Below are positions 1-10,909 of a DNA stretch of 32,000 bases, piece after piece. How positions within the stretch are numbered: the first letter of the stretch is position 1; each line of letters begins with the position of its first letter. The stretch covers positions 270,001-302,000 of the forward strand of contig NZ_CP046534.1 of the NCBI RefSeq assembly GCF_009827135.1, written 5' to 3'. The DNA comes from Blochmannia endosymbiont of Camponotus nipponensis (lineage in GTDB: Bacteria > Pseudomonadota > Gammaproteobacteria > Enterobacterales > Enterobacteriaceae). A model generated the notes under the pieces. It was not told the DNA's origin. It saw nothing but the letters and a program-made list of their open reading frames with translations, and searched no databases. The position numbers and the translations under genes are program-made.

Positions 1-856
1 GTAAAAATCTAGGAACAGTATCATTAATATTAGTAGCGGCAATAAACCTTTTTACTGGTAGTCCACAAGACTGAGCTAACAATCCAGCAGTTAAATTCCC
101 AAAGTTCCCACTGGGAACTGCAATAACTAACTTATTACGCATTTGATACGGTAACTGTGACATTCCTTCAAAATAATAACAAATTTGAGCTAACAATCGA
201 CCAATATTAATAGAATTAGCAGAATTTAAATATAATGTCTGTCGTAATGTGCTATCTAAAAAAGCTTGCTTAACTAAACATTGACATGCATCAAAATCAC
301 CATCTACTGATATCGTAGAAACATTACTTCCTAAAGTGCAAAACAATTTCTCTTGTAATACACTAATTTTACCTCTAGGATAAAGGATTATGACATGTAA
401 ATTGCTAATCTCAAAAAAAGCATGAGCCACAGCAGCACCTGTATCTCCAGAAGTAGCAGTAAGAATAACCATAGGCTTTTTAAGTTGATAGTCAACTTTT
501 TTTAACATTTGAGCCATCAGTTGGCTTCCAAAATCTTTAAAAGATAAAGTTGGTCCATGGAACAATTCTAAAATTGCAATTTTATCATTTATAAATACTA
601 ATGGTACTGAAAAATTAAAAGCATTTTTAACACAACTTAATATACTATTTTTTGATAATTCAGAACCAATGTAGGTAGATAAAATATATGCACTACGTTC
701 TATAAAATTCATTTCTAACAAAGAATTTATTTCAAATGTAGAGAATTTTGGCAAATCTACTGGAAAAAATAATCCCTGATCCTTTCCTAACCCTTGCAAA
801 AGAGCTTTAGAAAATGTAACTTGCTCACTATGTTCTTTAATATTATATAATTTCAT
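1..856 (-). CDS. thrC: threonine synthase, N-terminal ~285 codons (3' part runs off the window start)
   Basis: My minus-strand translation from the ATG at 856 gives MKLYNIKEHSEQVTFSKALLQGLGKDQGLFFPVDLPKF... and ...ELFHGPTLSFKDFGSQ... (PLP-lysine motif). It is nearly collinear with E. coli ThrC and starts 3 nt after the thrB stop. It is absent from the ORF track because it is open at the window edge. Confidence 0.95.
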   Translation of the reverse strand, partial: MKLYNIKEHSEQVTFSKALLQGLGKDQGLFFPVDLPKFSTFEINSLLEMNFIERSAYILSTYIGSELSKNSILSCVKNAFNFSVPLVFINDKIAILELFHGPTLSFKDFGSQLMAQMLKKVDYQLKKPMVILTATSGDTGAAVAHAFFEISNLHVIILYPRGKISVLQEKLFCTLGSNVSTISVDGDFDACQCLVKQAFLDSTLRQTLYLNSANSINIGRLLAQICYYFEGMSQLPYQMRNKLVIAVPSGNFGNLTAGLLAQSCGLPVKRFIAATNINDTVPRFL

Positions 857-859
857 TCA

Positions 860-1795
860 TTATTCCACCATAATACGTACTCCACATTGATCCAAGGAAC
901 AAATTCGAACAAAACCTGAATCATTTTGCAAATAAAAATGCGATAGCCAATCAGAAATATCTTCCACTACGTCATGAGTATTACATAATACAAAAATCGT
1001 TGGACCAGATCCAGAAATACCACAAGACATAGCACCTTTTTTTATAATATTATGACGTATATAGGATAATTCAACAGGAAATAATCGAGACCTATAAGGT
1101 TCCGCTATAATATCTTTCATACACTTAATTGCTAAATTTTCTTGTTTAGTATGACAAGCATGTATGAAACCAGACAAGTATTGACTATGATTAATACAAT
1201 CCTCACTACTATATTTATTTGGTAATACTGATCGAGACACTTCAGTAGACATTTTAACACCTGGGTACGCTACAATCCACAACCAATTATTAAAACTAGG
1301 AATAATCTGGTTGACAGTATCACAATTCTGCAAAATCAAACGCATACCCCCTAAAAAACAAGGGGACACATTATCAAAATGAACAGAACCAGCAATTTTA
1401 CCTTCCATTTCTCCCATTAGTGTAAGCAATTGATTATTATCAAGTGGAAATCCACAATGATAATTCATTGCTACCAATACAGCTACTATAGAACAAGCAC
1501 TAGAACCTAGACCAGAAGAAACAGGAATATTTTTTTCTAAATTAATACTCAGAGAATATGTTTGACCTAAAATTTCACAAAATTTCTTCCAACATTGAAA
1601 GACAATGTTTTCTTCCAAACGTTTCGGTAATTGATTATAAAAATGTCCTGTATTGCTCAAACTGAAAATATTAGCATTTTCAATGCTTACACAATCTCCA
1701 AATAAACTACCATTTATTGGGGTAATTGCCATACCTAACGTATCAAACCCTACTCCAATATTACCGATAGATGCTGGAGCATACACTCTAACCAT
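860..1795 (-). CDS. thrB: homoserine kinase
   Basis: 311-aa ORF with an ATG start. [21 protein letters not shown] and the GHMP-kinase motif [12 protein letters not shown] match E. coli ThrB (310 aa). It sits between thrA and thrC. Confidence 0.96.
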   Translation of the reverse strand: MVRVYAPASIGNIGVGFDTLGMAITPINGSLFGDCVSIENANIFSLSNTGHFYNQLPKRLEENIVFQCWKKFCEILGQTYSLSINLEKNIPVSSGLGSSACSIVAVLVAMNYHCGFPLDNNQLLTLMGEMEGKIAGSVHFDNVSPCFLGGMRLILQNCDTVNQIIPSFNNWLWIVAYPGVKMSTEVSRSVLPNKYSSEDCINHSQYLSGFIHACHTKQENLAIKCMKDIIAEPYRSRLFPVELSYIRHNIIKKGAMSCGISGSGPTIFVLCNTHDVVEDISDWLSHFYLQNDSGFVRICSLDQCGVRIMVE

Positions 1796-1817
1796 ATCTA
1801 CACATCCTTACTTATTC

Positions 1818-4265
1818 TTATGATACAGTACGTAACAAATCTGCAAATATTCCTGCTGCTGTAACATCATTTCCTGCACCGTAACCACGTAATACTAACG
1901 GTAACGGTTTATAATATCGTGTAAAAAATGCAAGCGCATTCTCTCCATCTTTTACTTTAAATAACGGATGGTTATTATCTACAGATTCAATTTGTACGCG
2001 ACATCGTCCTTGCTGTATGTTACCGACATAACGTAATACATGTCCTAATTCACATGCTTTCTGAGCCTTATTAACAATAATATCATCTAATAAAGATAAT
2101 TTTTTAAAAAAACTACCCGTATCACTCTTATTCATAAAATTATGTGGTATTACCGGATCAATTTGAATATCATCGAGTTCTAATTCATACCCAACTTCTC
2201 GTGCTAAAATTAATAACTTCCGAGCTACATCTATACCAGAAAGATCATCCCTAGGATCTGGTTCAGTATAACCCTTCTTCTGCGCTAACAAAGTTGCAGC
2301 AGATAGAGATAAACCTTCATCTATTTTTCCAAAGATAAATGATAAAGATCCAGATAAAATACCGGAAAAACTTATCAATTCATCCCCAGCATTTAATAAA
2401 TTTTGAAGATTTTCTATAACTGGTAATCCAGCTCCAACATTAGTATCATACAAAAATTTCCTTCGTGATTTTGCTACAGCGTCTCTCAGCATTCTATACT
2501 GTTTCATAGATCCAGTATTAGCTTTTTTATTTGGTGTAATCACATGACAACCATGTAACAAGAAATCTACATAATAATTAGCTACATCAATACTACTAGT
2601 ACAATCTACAATAACTGGATTTAATAAATGATTTTCTTTTATAGTCTTTATTAATTTTTTTAAATCGCAAGATTCATGCGTGTTATTCAAAGACGATCTC
2701 CAATGCTCTAAATCAATCCCGTTTATATTTACACACATCACTCGTGAATTAGTAATACCACATATTCGTAAGTCAATATGTTTATTTTGTAACCAATGAA
2801 GCTGACGTCTAATTTGTTCTATTAAAGCCGAACCAACACCTCCAGACCCAATAATAAATACTTCCATTAATTGATCAGTGCTAAACAACATTTGATGAGC
2901 TACCCTAATTCCAATAGTAGTAACATTATTTTTTACCACTACCGAAATAGAACGCTCTGAAGATCCCTGAGCAATTGCAATAATATTAATACTAGCTCGA
3001 GCTAACGCCTCAAATAATTTACTAGATAAACCCAGTTTCGTACGCATTCCATCGCCCACAACTGAAATAATTGCAAGATCTCGTATCGCATCTATTGGTT
3101 CTAAAAGCCCATTTTTTAACTCTAAATTAAACTCTTCATGTAATGAAACACAAGATTTTGACAATTCTTGACAAGGCACACAAAAACTTATACTATACTC
3201 AGAAGATGATTGAGTAATTAATACTACTGAACATGAGGCTTTAGACATTGCAGAAAATACGCGTGCGGCCATACCAATCATACCTTTCATTCCTGGACCA
3301 GAAATGTTTAACATCACCATATCATTTAAACATGTAATTCCCTTAACTATATTAGTTGAATCATTATTAATTGGACCAATTAATGTGCCAGAAGCATTAG
3401 GTTTAAAAACATTTTTTATTAAACAAGGTATATGAAATTGAGCAATCGGTACAATAGTGCGTGGATGTAAAATTTCAGCTCCAAAATAAGAAAGTTCCAT
3501 AGCCTCTTGATATGATAATGAATGTAATAATTTTGCATGAGTTACTTGATGTGGATCACATGTATAAATACCATCTACATCTGTCCAAATTTCACAACGA
3601 CTAGCACCTAAACAAGCTGCTAAAATTGCAGCCGAATAATCGGAACCATTCCGTCCTAAAACCACTAACTCACCTTGCTCATTACCTGCAATAAATCCAG
3701 CCATTAACATAATATCCGAATGAGAAATAGATATATTTTTAATACGTCGAGCAGATTCTTCAATATTTACCATAGAATCAAGATACTCTCCTCCTTGTGC
3801 TATAAGATTATCTACCGGATTAATAACAGTTATTTGAAGATTTCTTGCGTTTAATAAACCTTCCATTAAAATAATAGATAATCTCTCTCCCAAACAAATA
3901 ATATTAGCATTTATATTGTCTGGGCAAAATTTTAATAATGAAATTCCATATAGTAAATTTTTTAAATGAATAAATTCTTTTTCCAGTATAACACGTACAG
4001 TTACACAATTAAATCCTGACTGCATATGAGTTATATCTTCCAACAAAGTATTAAAAATAGTTTCTATATTATGAATATATTCTAATACAGTATTACCATT
4101 TAATGCACGATCAATAACTGATATTAGACTATTAGTAATCATAGCAGGTGCTGATAATACTGCTGCTATTTGTTCTTCTTGAGCGTTTTCTTCAAGAATA
4201 TTGGCCACATGAATAAATTGATTTGCATCCGACAACGAAGTCCCCCCAAATTTTAATACTCGCAT
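1818..4265 (-). CDS. thrA: bifunctional aspartokinase I / homoserine dehydrogenase I
   Basis: 815 aa versus 820 aa in E. coli. The [11 protein letters not shown]-terminus is followed by aspartokinase, ACT and homoserine dehydrogenase (GxGxVG) regions in order. ATG start with a GGGAGA Shine-Dalgarno sequence a few nt upstream. Confidence 0.97.
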   Translation of the reverse strand: MRVLKFGGTSLSDANQFIHVANILEENAQEEQIAAVLSAPAMITNSLISVIDRALNGNTVLEYIHNIETIFNTLLEDITHMQSGFNCVTVRVILEKEFIHLKNLLYGISLLKFCPDNINANIICLGERLSIILMEGLLNARNLQITVINPVDNLIAQGGEYLDSMVNIEESARRIKNISISHSDIMLMAGFIAGNEQGELVVLGRNGSDYSAAILAACLGASRCEIWTDVDGIYTCDPHQVTHAKLLHSLSYQEAMELSYFGAEILHPRTIVPIAQFHIPCLIKNVFKPNASGTLIGPINNDSTNIVKGITCLNDMVMLNISGPGMKGMIGMAARVFSAMSKASCSVVLITQSSSEYSISFCVPCQELSKSCVSLHEEFNLELKNGLLEPIDAIRDLAIISVVGDGMRTKLGLSSKLFEALARASINIIAIAQGSSERSISVVVKNNVTTIGIRVAHQMLFSTDQLMEVFIIGSGGVGSALIEQIRRQLHWLQNKHIDLRICGITNSRVMCVNINGIDLEHWRSSLNNTHESCDLKKLIKTIKENHLLNPVIVDCTSSIDVANYYVDFLLHGCHVITPNKKANTGSMKQYRMLRDAVAKSRRKFLYDTNVGAGLPVIENLQNLLNAGDELISFSGILSGSLSFIFGKIDEGLSLSAATLLAQKKGYTEPDPRDDLSGIDVARKLLILAREVGYELELDDIQIDPVIPHNFMNKSDTGSFFKKLSLLDDIIVNKAQKACELGHVLRYVGNIQQGRCRVQIESVDNNHPLFKVKDGENALAFFTRYYKPLPLVLRGYGAGNDVTAAGIFADLLRTVS

Positions 4266-5114
4266 GTTTTATCTCCCAAATATGACCACTACTATCCTGC
4301 ACCTTATTAATAACAATACGACACGCAAGGATCACGTAATATTCATCCATATTATTATCGTATTTTTATGGATAATCATTACAATAAATAGTTAAAAAAT
4401 AGAACAAACACACATTATAACCAATTATATCATTATATCAATTAATATTATACTATCTATAATAAAAAATTTTAAAAGATAATCAATGATTATTTAGATA
4501 TATTTAAAATATTACTAATATAAAAATATTTGTCTTATAAAAACTTATAATACATGCAATTTATATATAGACGCATCATTACAAAACACACTTTTATTTA
4601 TATAAAATTATATATGAAACACAATATCAGTACTTATTTATATATATACGCACGAATATTGCTTACATTACACATAAAATACAACAATATATTCCAATAA
4701 AATCAATAATAAAAATAATATTAACAATATTTAATACAATATCTTTTCAGCATAAAAGATACTTTTACGTTTTTGATATAATAATTTTATATAGATGAAA
4801 TAAAATTAGCGAATTAATAATAAATACAAATAAATTATATTTTTATTACTAATATTTGACATGATTTTAATTCTGTTAAAATAAATCCAAAATTATTACT
4901 ATTTAGTAATAATTATTATAATATTAAAAATATTTACGTACAATCAAACCCTCAAATACATTATAAATTGATCTCTGAATCTATAATTCATATAAATACA
5001 TATCAATATAAACGTAACTTTAAAACTGAAAATATATAAAATATTAACAATAGTGATCTACAAAAATATTTATCTTTCCCTTACTAGCCAATAAAACTTT
5101 ATTTAATGAATTAT

Positions 5115-5543
5115 TTAATTATCCAACAAAATGCAGCTAATTTGTCGCCACAAATCACACTTAGCTTTAACATCACATTTTAATATTGATAATGATGGAG
5201 TACTTAAACATATACCATTAAAATTACTTAACTTTTCCATACCAATCCACCAACAATAAAAAAAATATTCTTCTGGAATAATTAGGGTTTTAATTTGATT
5301 AATAGTCAATACATATACTGATTTAATATTAATTCGCATAGCACGTATAACATCCTTAACAAAAAGATCATCTAACGATATCGAACAATCCGAAGATATC
5401 AGTAACAAACGTAGATGCCACCACAATTTAATTGAATTTTCATTATCTAAAACTATAGGGTATCGTAACTTCCAATATGTAATACCTAATTCCTGTAAAA
5501 CCAAATTATATTGTTTGCTTCTATTATTAATACATATTTTCAT
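5115..5543 (-). CDS. holD: DNA polymerase III psi subunit (divergent)
   Basis: 142 aa versus 137 aa in E. coli. The blocks LQELGITYWKLRYP, VKDVIRAM, W.IG and DLWRQIS are collinear with E. coli HolD QQLGITQWSLRRP, VSDVLRAL, WRLG and ALWQQIC. Confidence 0.8.
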   Translation of the reverse strand: MKICINNRSKQYNLVLQELGITYWKLRYPIVLDNENSIKLWWHLRLLLISSDCSISLDDLFVKDVIRAMRINIKSVYVLTINQIKTLIIPEEYFFYCWWIGMEKLSNFNGICLSTPSLSILKCDVKAKCDLWRQISCILLDN

Positions 5544-5641
5544 TCACATTTAATGTATAGTTGTTGGTATAAACAATATAAATAACTTCATAAAAAATTA
5601 CATTTACATATTCAAATTATATACATTGAAAAATTACTAAT

Positions 5642-7408
5642 CTAACATGAAGTTATTTCATCAGATACATGTGTATTTTTGGAAAACATTCCATGATAAC
5701 GCATATCATTGCGTGAAGACACGTTACCTAACAATTTTATATTTATTGGTTTATTTAAAATACACGCACGAGATAGCCGATCAAGTATTTTGCTACTATA
5801 TAACCCTTTAGCTAACTCAATAGTAGCGTGAGAAGAAAATAATCGAATATCACCTATTTTATCATAACAAATATTATCAATTTTATTCAAAAGAACTCTG
5901 ATAATATGACGTATTTTAATGCCATCATTATGTCCTACTGATATATGATAAACATTCATATTATCATCAGACATTCTAGATAATGTTCTATTTTTAATGC
6001 CTCTATTATTAGAAACACGATAATAATTTTGATGATTATTATTATTTATACGCATCTTACAAACCAATTTATTTTTAGTAATTGGATCCGGAGGTAACAC
6101 CAATGGACGCTTACCTTGTGCTATTTTCAACAAAACGGCCGCTAAATTTTCTATTGTTAAGTCTTTTTTAGGTTTTATTTGAAGTAATAAGGATCGATAT
6201 GCATCCAAATTATTATCAATATTTAATTGTTGTTCTACTTTATTGGTAAATTTAATTAAACGACAAGCAAGTAACGTTTTTACAGTAGGATATCGAACCT
6301 CTGGGATATTTAAATTTATTTTACGTTCAATATTTCGTAAAAAACGATGTTCTCTACGCTCTACAAACAACAAAGATTTTCCAATACGACCTGCTCTACC
6401 AGTTCTACCTATCCGATGTATATAAGCATCAGAATTTATTGGTATATCATAATTTATCACTAAACTAATACGATGCACATCTAATCCACGTGCAGCAACA
6501 TCAGTAGCTATAAGAATATCTAATCGCCCATGCCTTAATCGATCTAACGTCTGGTATCGTACTGTTTGATCCATATCTCCATTTAAAGCTGCACTATTAT
6601 GACCAAATTTCTCTAACATTTCAGAAATTTCTAATGTTGCATATTTAGTACGAACAAAAACAATAGCTGCGTCAAAATCTTCTGTTTCTAAAAAACGCAT
6701 TAACGCTTCACGTTTATCTATTCCATGCACTAACCAATAATTTTGTCTAATATCAGCACATATATTAGTATTAGAGCGAATATATACCTCCTTTGGATTA
6801 TGCATAAATCGATAACTTATATGACGAATATCCATAGGCAAAGTAGCAGAAAATAATGCTGTTTGACGTTTAATTGGAACATGTTTAATAATACGCTCTA
6901 TATCATCAATAAAGCCCATACGCAACATCTCATCCGCTTCATCTATTACTAAGGTTTTTAATTTAGATAAATCAACAGTACCACGATTTAAATGATCTAT
7001 TAATCTACCCGGAGTACTTACGATGATATGAGGCCCTTTATTTAAAGCACTCAATTGTATACTATAACTTTGTCCACCATATACCGTGACAACATTGATT
7101 TTTTTCATATATCTTGAAAAATTAGAACATACTTTCCCAATTTGAATTGCTAACTCTCGAGTAGGCGTGATAATCAAACCTTGAGAGAAAGAATTATTAC
7201 AATCAATATGATGCAGTAACGGTAAAATAAATGCCGCAGTTTTTCCACTGCCTGTATGTGCCATCCCCAATACGTCATATCCAGCTAATAAATACGGAAT
7301 ACATTGAACCTGAATAGGTAAAGGTTTTTTATATCCAATATCATGTAAAACATGGACTATATGACGATTTAATCCTAAATCCACAAAAGAGTCTACGGGT
7401 TTCAACAT
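5642..7408 (-). CDS. deaD: DEAD-box ATP-dependent RNA helicase DeaD/CsdA
   Basis: 588 aa with AHTGSGKTAAF (motif I), VIDEADEML (DEAD), SAT and HRIGRTGRAG motifs, plus the DeaD-type C-terminal domain (YHISVGHNDGIKIRHII). ATG start preceded by a GAGGT Shine-Dalgarno sequence. Confidence 0.95.
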   Translation of the reverse strand: MLKPVDSFVDLGLNRHIVHVLHDIGYKKPLPIQVQCIPYLLAGYDVLGMAHTGSGKTAAFILPLLHHIDCNNSFSQGLIITPTRELAIQIGKVCSNFSRYMKKINVVTVYGGQSYSIQLSALNKGPHIIVSTPGRLIDHLNRGTVDLSKLKTLVIDEADEMLRMGFIDDIERIIKHVPIKRQTALFSATLPMDIRHISYRFMHNPKEVYIRSNTNICADIRQNYWLVHGIDKREALMRFLETEDFDAAIVFVRTKYATLEISEMLEKFGHNSAALNGDMDQTVRYQTLDRLRHGRLDILIATDVAARGLDVHRISLVINYDIPINSDAYIHRIGRTGRAGRIGKSLLFVERREHRFLRNIERKINLNIPEVRYPTVKTLLACRLIKFTNKVEQQLNIDNNLDAYRSLLLQIKPKKDLTIENLAAVLLKIAQGKRPLVLPPDPITKNKLVCKMRINNNNHQNYYRVSNNRGIKNRTLSRMSDDNMNVYHISVGHNDGIKIRHIIRVLLNKIDNICYDKIGDIRLFSSHATIELAKGLYSSKILDRLSRACILNKPINIKLLGNVSSRNDMRYHGMFSKNTHVSDEITSC

Positions 7409-8014
7409 CTATAGTTACCTCATTTTTAATAAATAATTTACTCCACACACTTGATATCAAAACTCTTCAAAAAATAATGTTTTCATGCAAACATACATAT
7501 ATTGTTCAATGCAAACACCATCATCATACGCACTATGTGCTATATGATAACTATGACCAAGTTAAAATTTGCTGTTGTTTGTTATAATTACATTAATACG
7601 AGCGTAAATACCACTGTTATAAAGGAGAAAATATCAATTTTGAAGTGTTATTAAATATCCATTATATATAAAAAAAGTATACATAATGATTCGTATAATT
7701 ATGTATCATTAACTAAGTATTACTTGTTTCTTCAGTATCTATATTACTCTTATAATACATTGTAATTTTTATGTATAAAATTATCTATTACACGCTATTT
7801 TTGAATACATTACGTGTAATCATATTAAACTGAATTTTGCCTTATCCGATACCATACATTATCGAAATATAAATTAAATTATTATAAGTTTTAAAACAAA
7901 AACTGAATATATAAATCGTTATCAACCTACATAAACACTATAAATTACATATATACCATCCCATTTATACCAACCAAATATACTAAATAAATACCATTAC
8001 ATAAATAAATAATA

Positions 8015-10108
8015 TTATGATGGTTTTATTCCCTTCATACTTAAACGAATGCGCCCCTGACGATCTATTTCTAATACTTTTACTAATACTTCTTGTCCTA
8101 ATTGCAAGTAGTCAGTCACTTTATTTACTCTTCTATCAGAAATCTGAGAAATATGTACTAAACCTTCTTTTCCAGAAAGAATAGTAACAAATGCTCCAAA
8201 TTCAACGATATGAGTAACTTTTCCAGTATAAATAGCTCCGATTTCAACATTTGCGGTAATATCATTAATTCTACGCATAGCATGCTTTGCTTTATCATAA
8301 TCTAAAGCAACTATTTTTATGGTACCATCATCTTCAATATCAATAATAGTATTAGTTTCTTCAGTCAACGAACGAATAACCGACCCTCCTTTTCCTATCA
8401 CATCTTTAATTTTATTTGGATTAACTTTAATACTATATATCCTTGGAGCAAATTTAGAAATTTCATTCCTGGGAAACTCAATAATCCGTTCCATAATATC
8501 CAATATTTGAAATCGAGCATGCTTTGCTTTTTTTAAAGCAATATCTATGATATCATAAGTGATGCCGTCTGTTTTAATATCCATTTGCAAAGCCGTAATA
8601 CCCTGGCGACTACCGGATACTTTAAAATCCATATCTCCAATACGATCCTCGTCGCTAACAATATCAGATAGAACAACAAAATCACTTCCTTCCTTGATTA
8701 ATCCCATAGCAACACCAGCAACCGCTTCTTTAATCGGAACTCCAGCATCCATTAATGCTAAAGATGTGCCACAAATAGATGCCATGGAAGATGATCCATT
8801 GGATTCAGTAATTTCTGATACTACACGTATTGTATAAGGAAACTCATTAGCATTAGGCATAACCGCTAACATACCACGTTTTGCTAAACGTCCATGTCCT
8901 ATCTCTCTTCTTTTTGGCGCTCCTATAATACCTATTTCTCCTACACAATACGATGGAAAATTATAATGCAACAAAAATCTATCAACACGTGTCCCAGTTA
9001 ATCCATCAACATTCTGTGCGTCACGTTCCGTGCCAAGTGTAACAGTAACTAACGCCTGGGTATCGCCTCTAGTAAATAACGCAGACCCATGAGTACGAGG
9101 TAATATACCTGTTCTTATATCTATACTCCGTATTGCGTCTTTTGAACGTCCGTCAACACGTAATTTATCATTTAAAATACGATAACGAATCGATTGAGAT
9201 TCTAAACAATTCAGAATATATATTATTTCTTTTTCATCTACAATAGCATTATTATAGTTATTAAGAGCCGTTTTTACTATATCTTGTTTAATGCTATCGA
9301 CTTGAGCATAACGTTCCTTCTTATCAAAAAAACAGTATATATCTTGTAAACGAGAGTCATATAATTCAGATAAATATGCCTTTAAAGACACATTAACTTC
9401 TGTTTCTTTCCAAAAAGACTTAGGTTTTCCAACCTCTTTAACTAATTTATTAATATTATGAATCACCGTTTGTTGTTGTTCATGTCCAAACACAATAGCA
9501 TCCAATAGTTCTTTCTCACTCAACACACATGATTCCGATTCCACCATCAAAACATTAGATTCAGTACCTGAAATAATCAGATCTAACTTGCTATTAGACA
9601 ACTCTGTCGTTGTTGGGTTTAATACGTATTTGTTTTTAATATAACCCACTCTAGCTGCTCCAATTGGACCAAAAAATGGAATATCAGATAAACTTAACGC
9701 AGCAGATACTCCTATTATCGCTACAATATCTGGATGAACTTGAGGATTTACTGAAATTACTGTAGCAACTACTTGTACATCATTAACAAATCCTTTAGGA
9801 AACAACGGCCTAATAGGACGATCGATTAAACGAGACGTTAATATTTCATTTTCACTGGGACGCCCTTCTCTACGAAAAAAACCTCCCGGAAACTTCCCAG
9901 CAGCATAAGTACGTTCCTGATAATTTACAACAAGAGGGAAAAAATCTTGTTCTAATCTCACTTGATTAGAACTAACTACTGTCACCAATACTGTAGTATC
10001 ACCCATACTCACCATAACTGCAGCATTTGCTTGACGAGCTATAGTTCCAACATCTAAAACTACAGTATATTCTCCATATTTAAACTTATGAATAATCGGA
10101 TTTAACAA
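8015..10108 (-). CDS. pnp: polynucleotide phosphorylase
   Basis: 697 aa. [18 protein letters not shown]... is collinear with E. coli PNPase, with two RNase PH domains, a KH domain and an S1 domain. The start codon is TTG (plus-strand CAA at 10106-10108), as I recall for E. coli pnp. Confidence 0.96.
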   Translation of the reverse strand: MLNPIIHKFKYGEYTVVLDVGTIARQANAAVMVSMGDTTVLVTVVSSNQVRLEQDFFPLVVNYQERTYAAGKFPGGFFRREGRPSENEILTSRLIDRPIRPLFPKGFVNDVQVVATVISVNPQVHPDIVAIIGVSAALSLSDIPFFGPIGAARVGYIKNKYVLNPTTTELSNSKLDLIISGTESNVLMVESESCVLSEKELLDAIVFGHEQQQTVIHNINKLVKEVGKPKSFWKETEVNVSLKAYLSELYDSRLQDIYCFFDKKERYAQVDSIKQDIVKTALNNYNNAIVDEKEIIYILNCLESQSIRYRILNDKLRVDGRSKDAIRSIDIRTGILPRTHGSALFTRGDTQALVTVTLGTERDAQNVDGLTGTRVDRFLLHYNFPSYCVGEIGIIGAPKRREIGHGRLAKRGMLAVMPNANEFPYTIRVVSEITESNGSSSMASICGTSLALMDAGVPIKEAVAGVAMGLIKEGSDFVVLSDIVSDEDRIGDMDFKVSGSRQGITALQMDIKTDGITYDIIDIALKKAKHARFQILDIMERIIEFPRNEISKFAPRIYSIKVNPNKIKDVIGKGGSVIRSLTEETNTIIDIEDDGTIKIVALDYDKAKHAMRRINDITANVEIGAIYTGKVTHIVEFGAFVTILSGKEGLVHISQISDRRVNKVTDYLQLGQEVLVKVLEIDRQGRIRLSMKGIKPS

Positions 10109-10335
10109 AATAACATCCTTTTTTTATATTTAAAATATAATCTTCAAAATATTGAAACAAACATATATAATTAGTTTATAAACATTTTTATTACATTTTT
10201 ATTTTACAATTATAATTACAAAAACATCGTGTTTATTAGACATAAAATTAAAAAGTCTTATTTTAACATTATGTTTAGCGATCTCTCGATACACAAAGCA
10301 CTGCCATAACATTTTAACCAAATCACACATTCCAA

Positions 10336-10605
10336 TTAATGACGTAATCCTAAATTTCGTATCAAATTAGTATAACGCAGCACATTATTTTTTCTTAAAT
10401 ATTTCAACAACCTTCGTCTACGAGCGACCATTATAAGTAGTCCACGACGACTGTGATAATCTTTTTTATGTTTTAAAAAATGATGTTTCAAATAATCAAT
10501 GCGTCCAGTTAGTAGCGCAACCTGTACCTCAGTAGAACCAGTATCTTTAATGTTACGACCAAATATAGAAACTATTTCTGTTGTTTTTCCAGCACTCCAA
10601 GACAT
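10336..10605 (-). CDS. rpsO: 30S ribosomal protein S15
   Basis: Taking the ATG at 10605 ([18 protein letters not shown]...) gives 89 aa, the same length as E. coli S15, with an AAGGTG Shine-Dalgarno sequence 5 nt upstream. The track ORF start at 10614 is an upstream in-frame GTG. The [13 protein letters not shown] and HSRRGLL motifs are present. Confidence 0.95.
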   Translation of the reverse strand: MSWSAGKTTEIVSIFGRNIKDTGSTEVQVALLTGRIDYLKHHFLKHKKDYHSRRGLLIMVARRRRLLKYLRKNNVLRYTNLIRNLGLRH

Positions 10606-10909
10606 GCAAAACACCTTTTTATTTATAAAAACCTATATTAAATTTAAAAAAATTAATTATATTAAACACTTAAGCTAAATAACATACCGAAATTAATATT
10701 CCACTATTTATTTTATCTCCCATCTAATTTAAGAATAAATTAAGTAATAACAAAAATATATTTCTAAAAAACATCTCCTTTCTAATCTGATACACATACA
10801 AATAACACCACATATAATACATTTATATACATAAATGTATTCATAAATGCATTTATTAAAATATATTTTTAATAATTTAATTTAATGAATAACGTATATA
10901 TAATAATTT

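Noticed and set aside
4192-4350. 52-codon minus-strand ORF ([30 protein letters not shown]...) just upstream of and overlapping the thrA start, considered as a thr leader peptide.
   Set aside because: It has no Thr/Ile codon run and no attenuator hairpin, it overlaps thrA out of frame, and it has no Shine-Dalgarno sequence. It does not behave like thrL.
4891-4914. A 10-bp-stem hairpin AATTATTACT-attt-AGTAATAATT, and similar 8-10 bp AT palindromes elsewhere (for example 7679-7706, 10124-10140, 10174-10183, 19898-19915 and 27906-27915).
   Set aside because: Arm lengths of 10 bp or less are about what I expect by chance in 32 kb at this composition, and the stems are almost pure A:T with negligible stability.
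4367-5127. DnaA-box-like 9-mers: TATGGATAA at 4367-4375 and TTATCCAAC at 5119-5127. Together with the very AT-rich 849-bp spacer, these were considered as a possible replication origin.
   Set aside because: There are only two degenerate boxes (one and two mismatches to TTATCCACA), and one lies inside holD. There is no box cluster, no GATC cluster and no neighbouring dnaA, gidA or mioC. Near-matches are expected by chance in AT-rich DNA.
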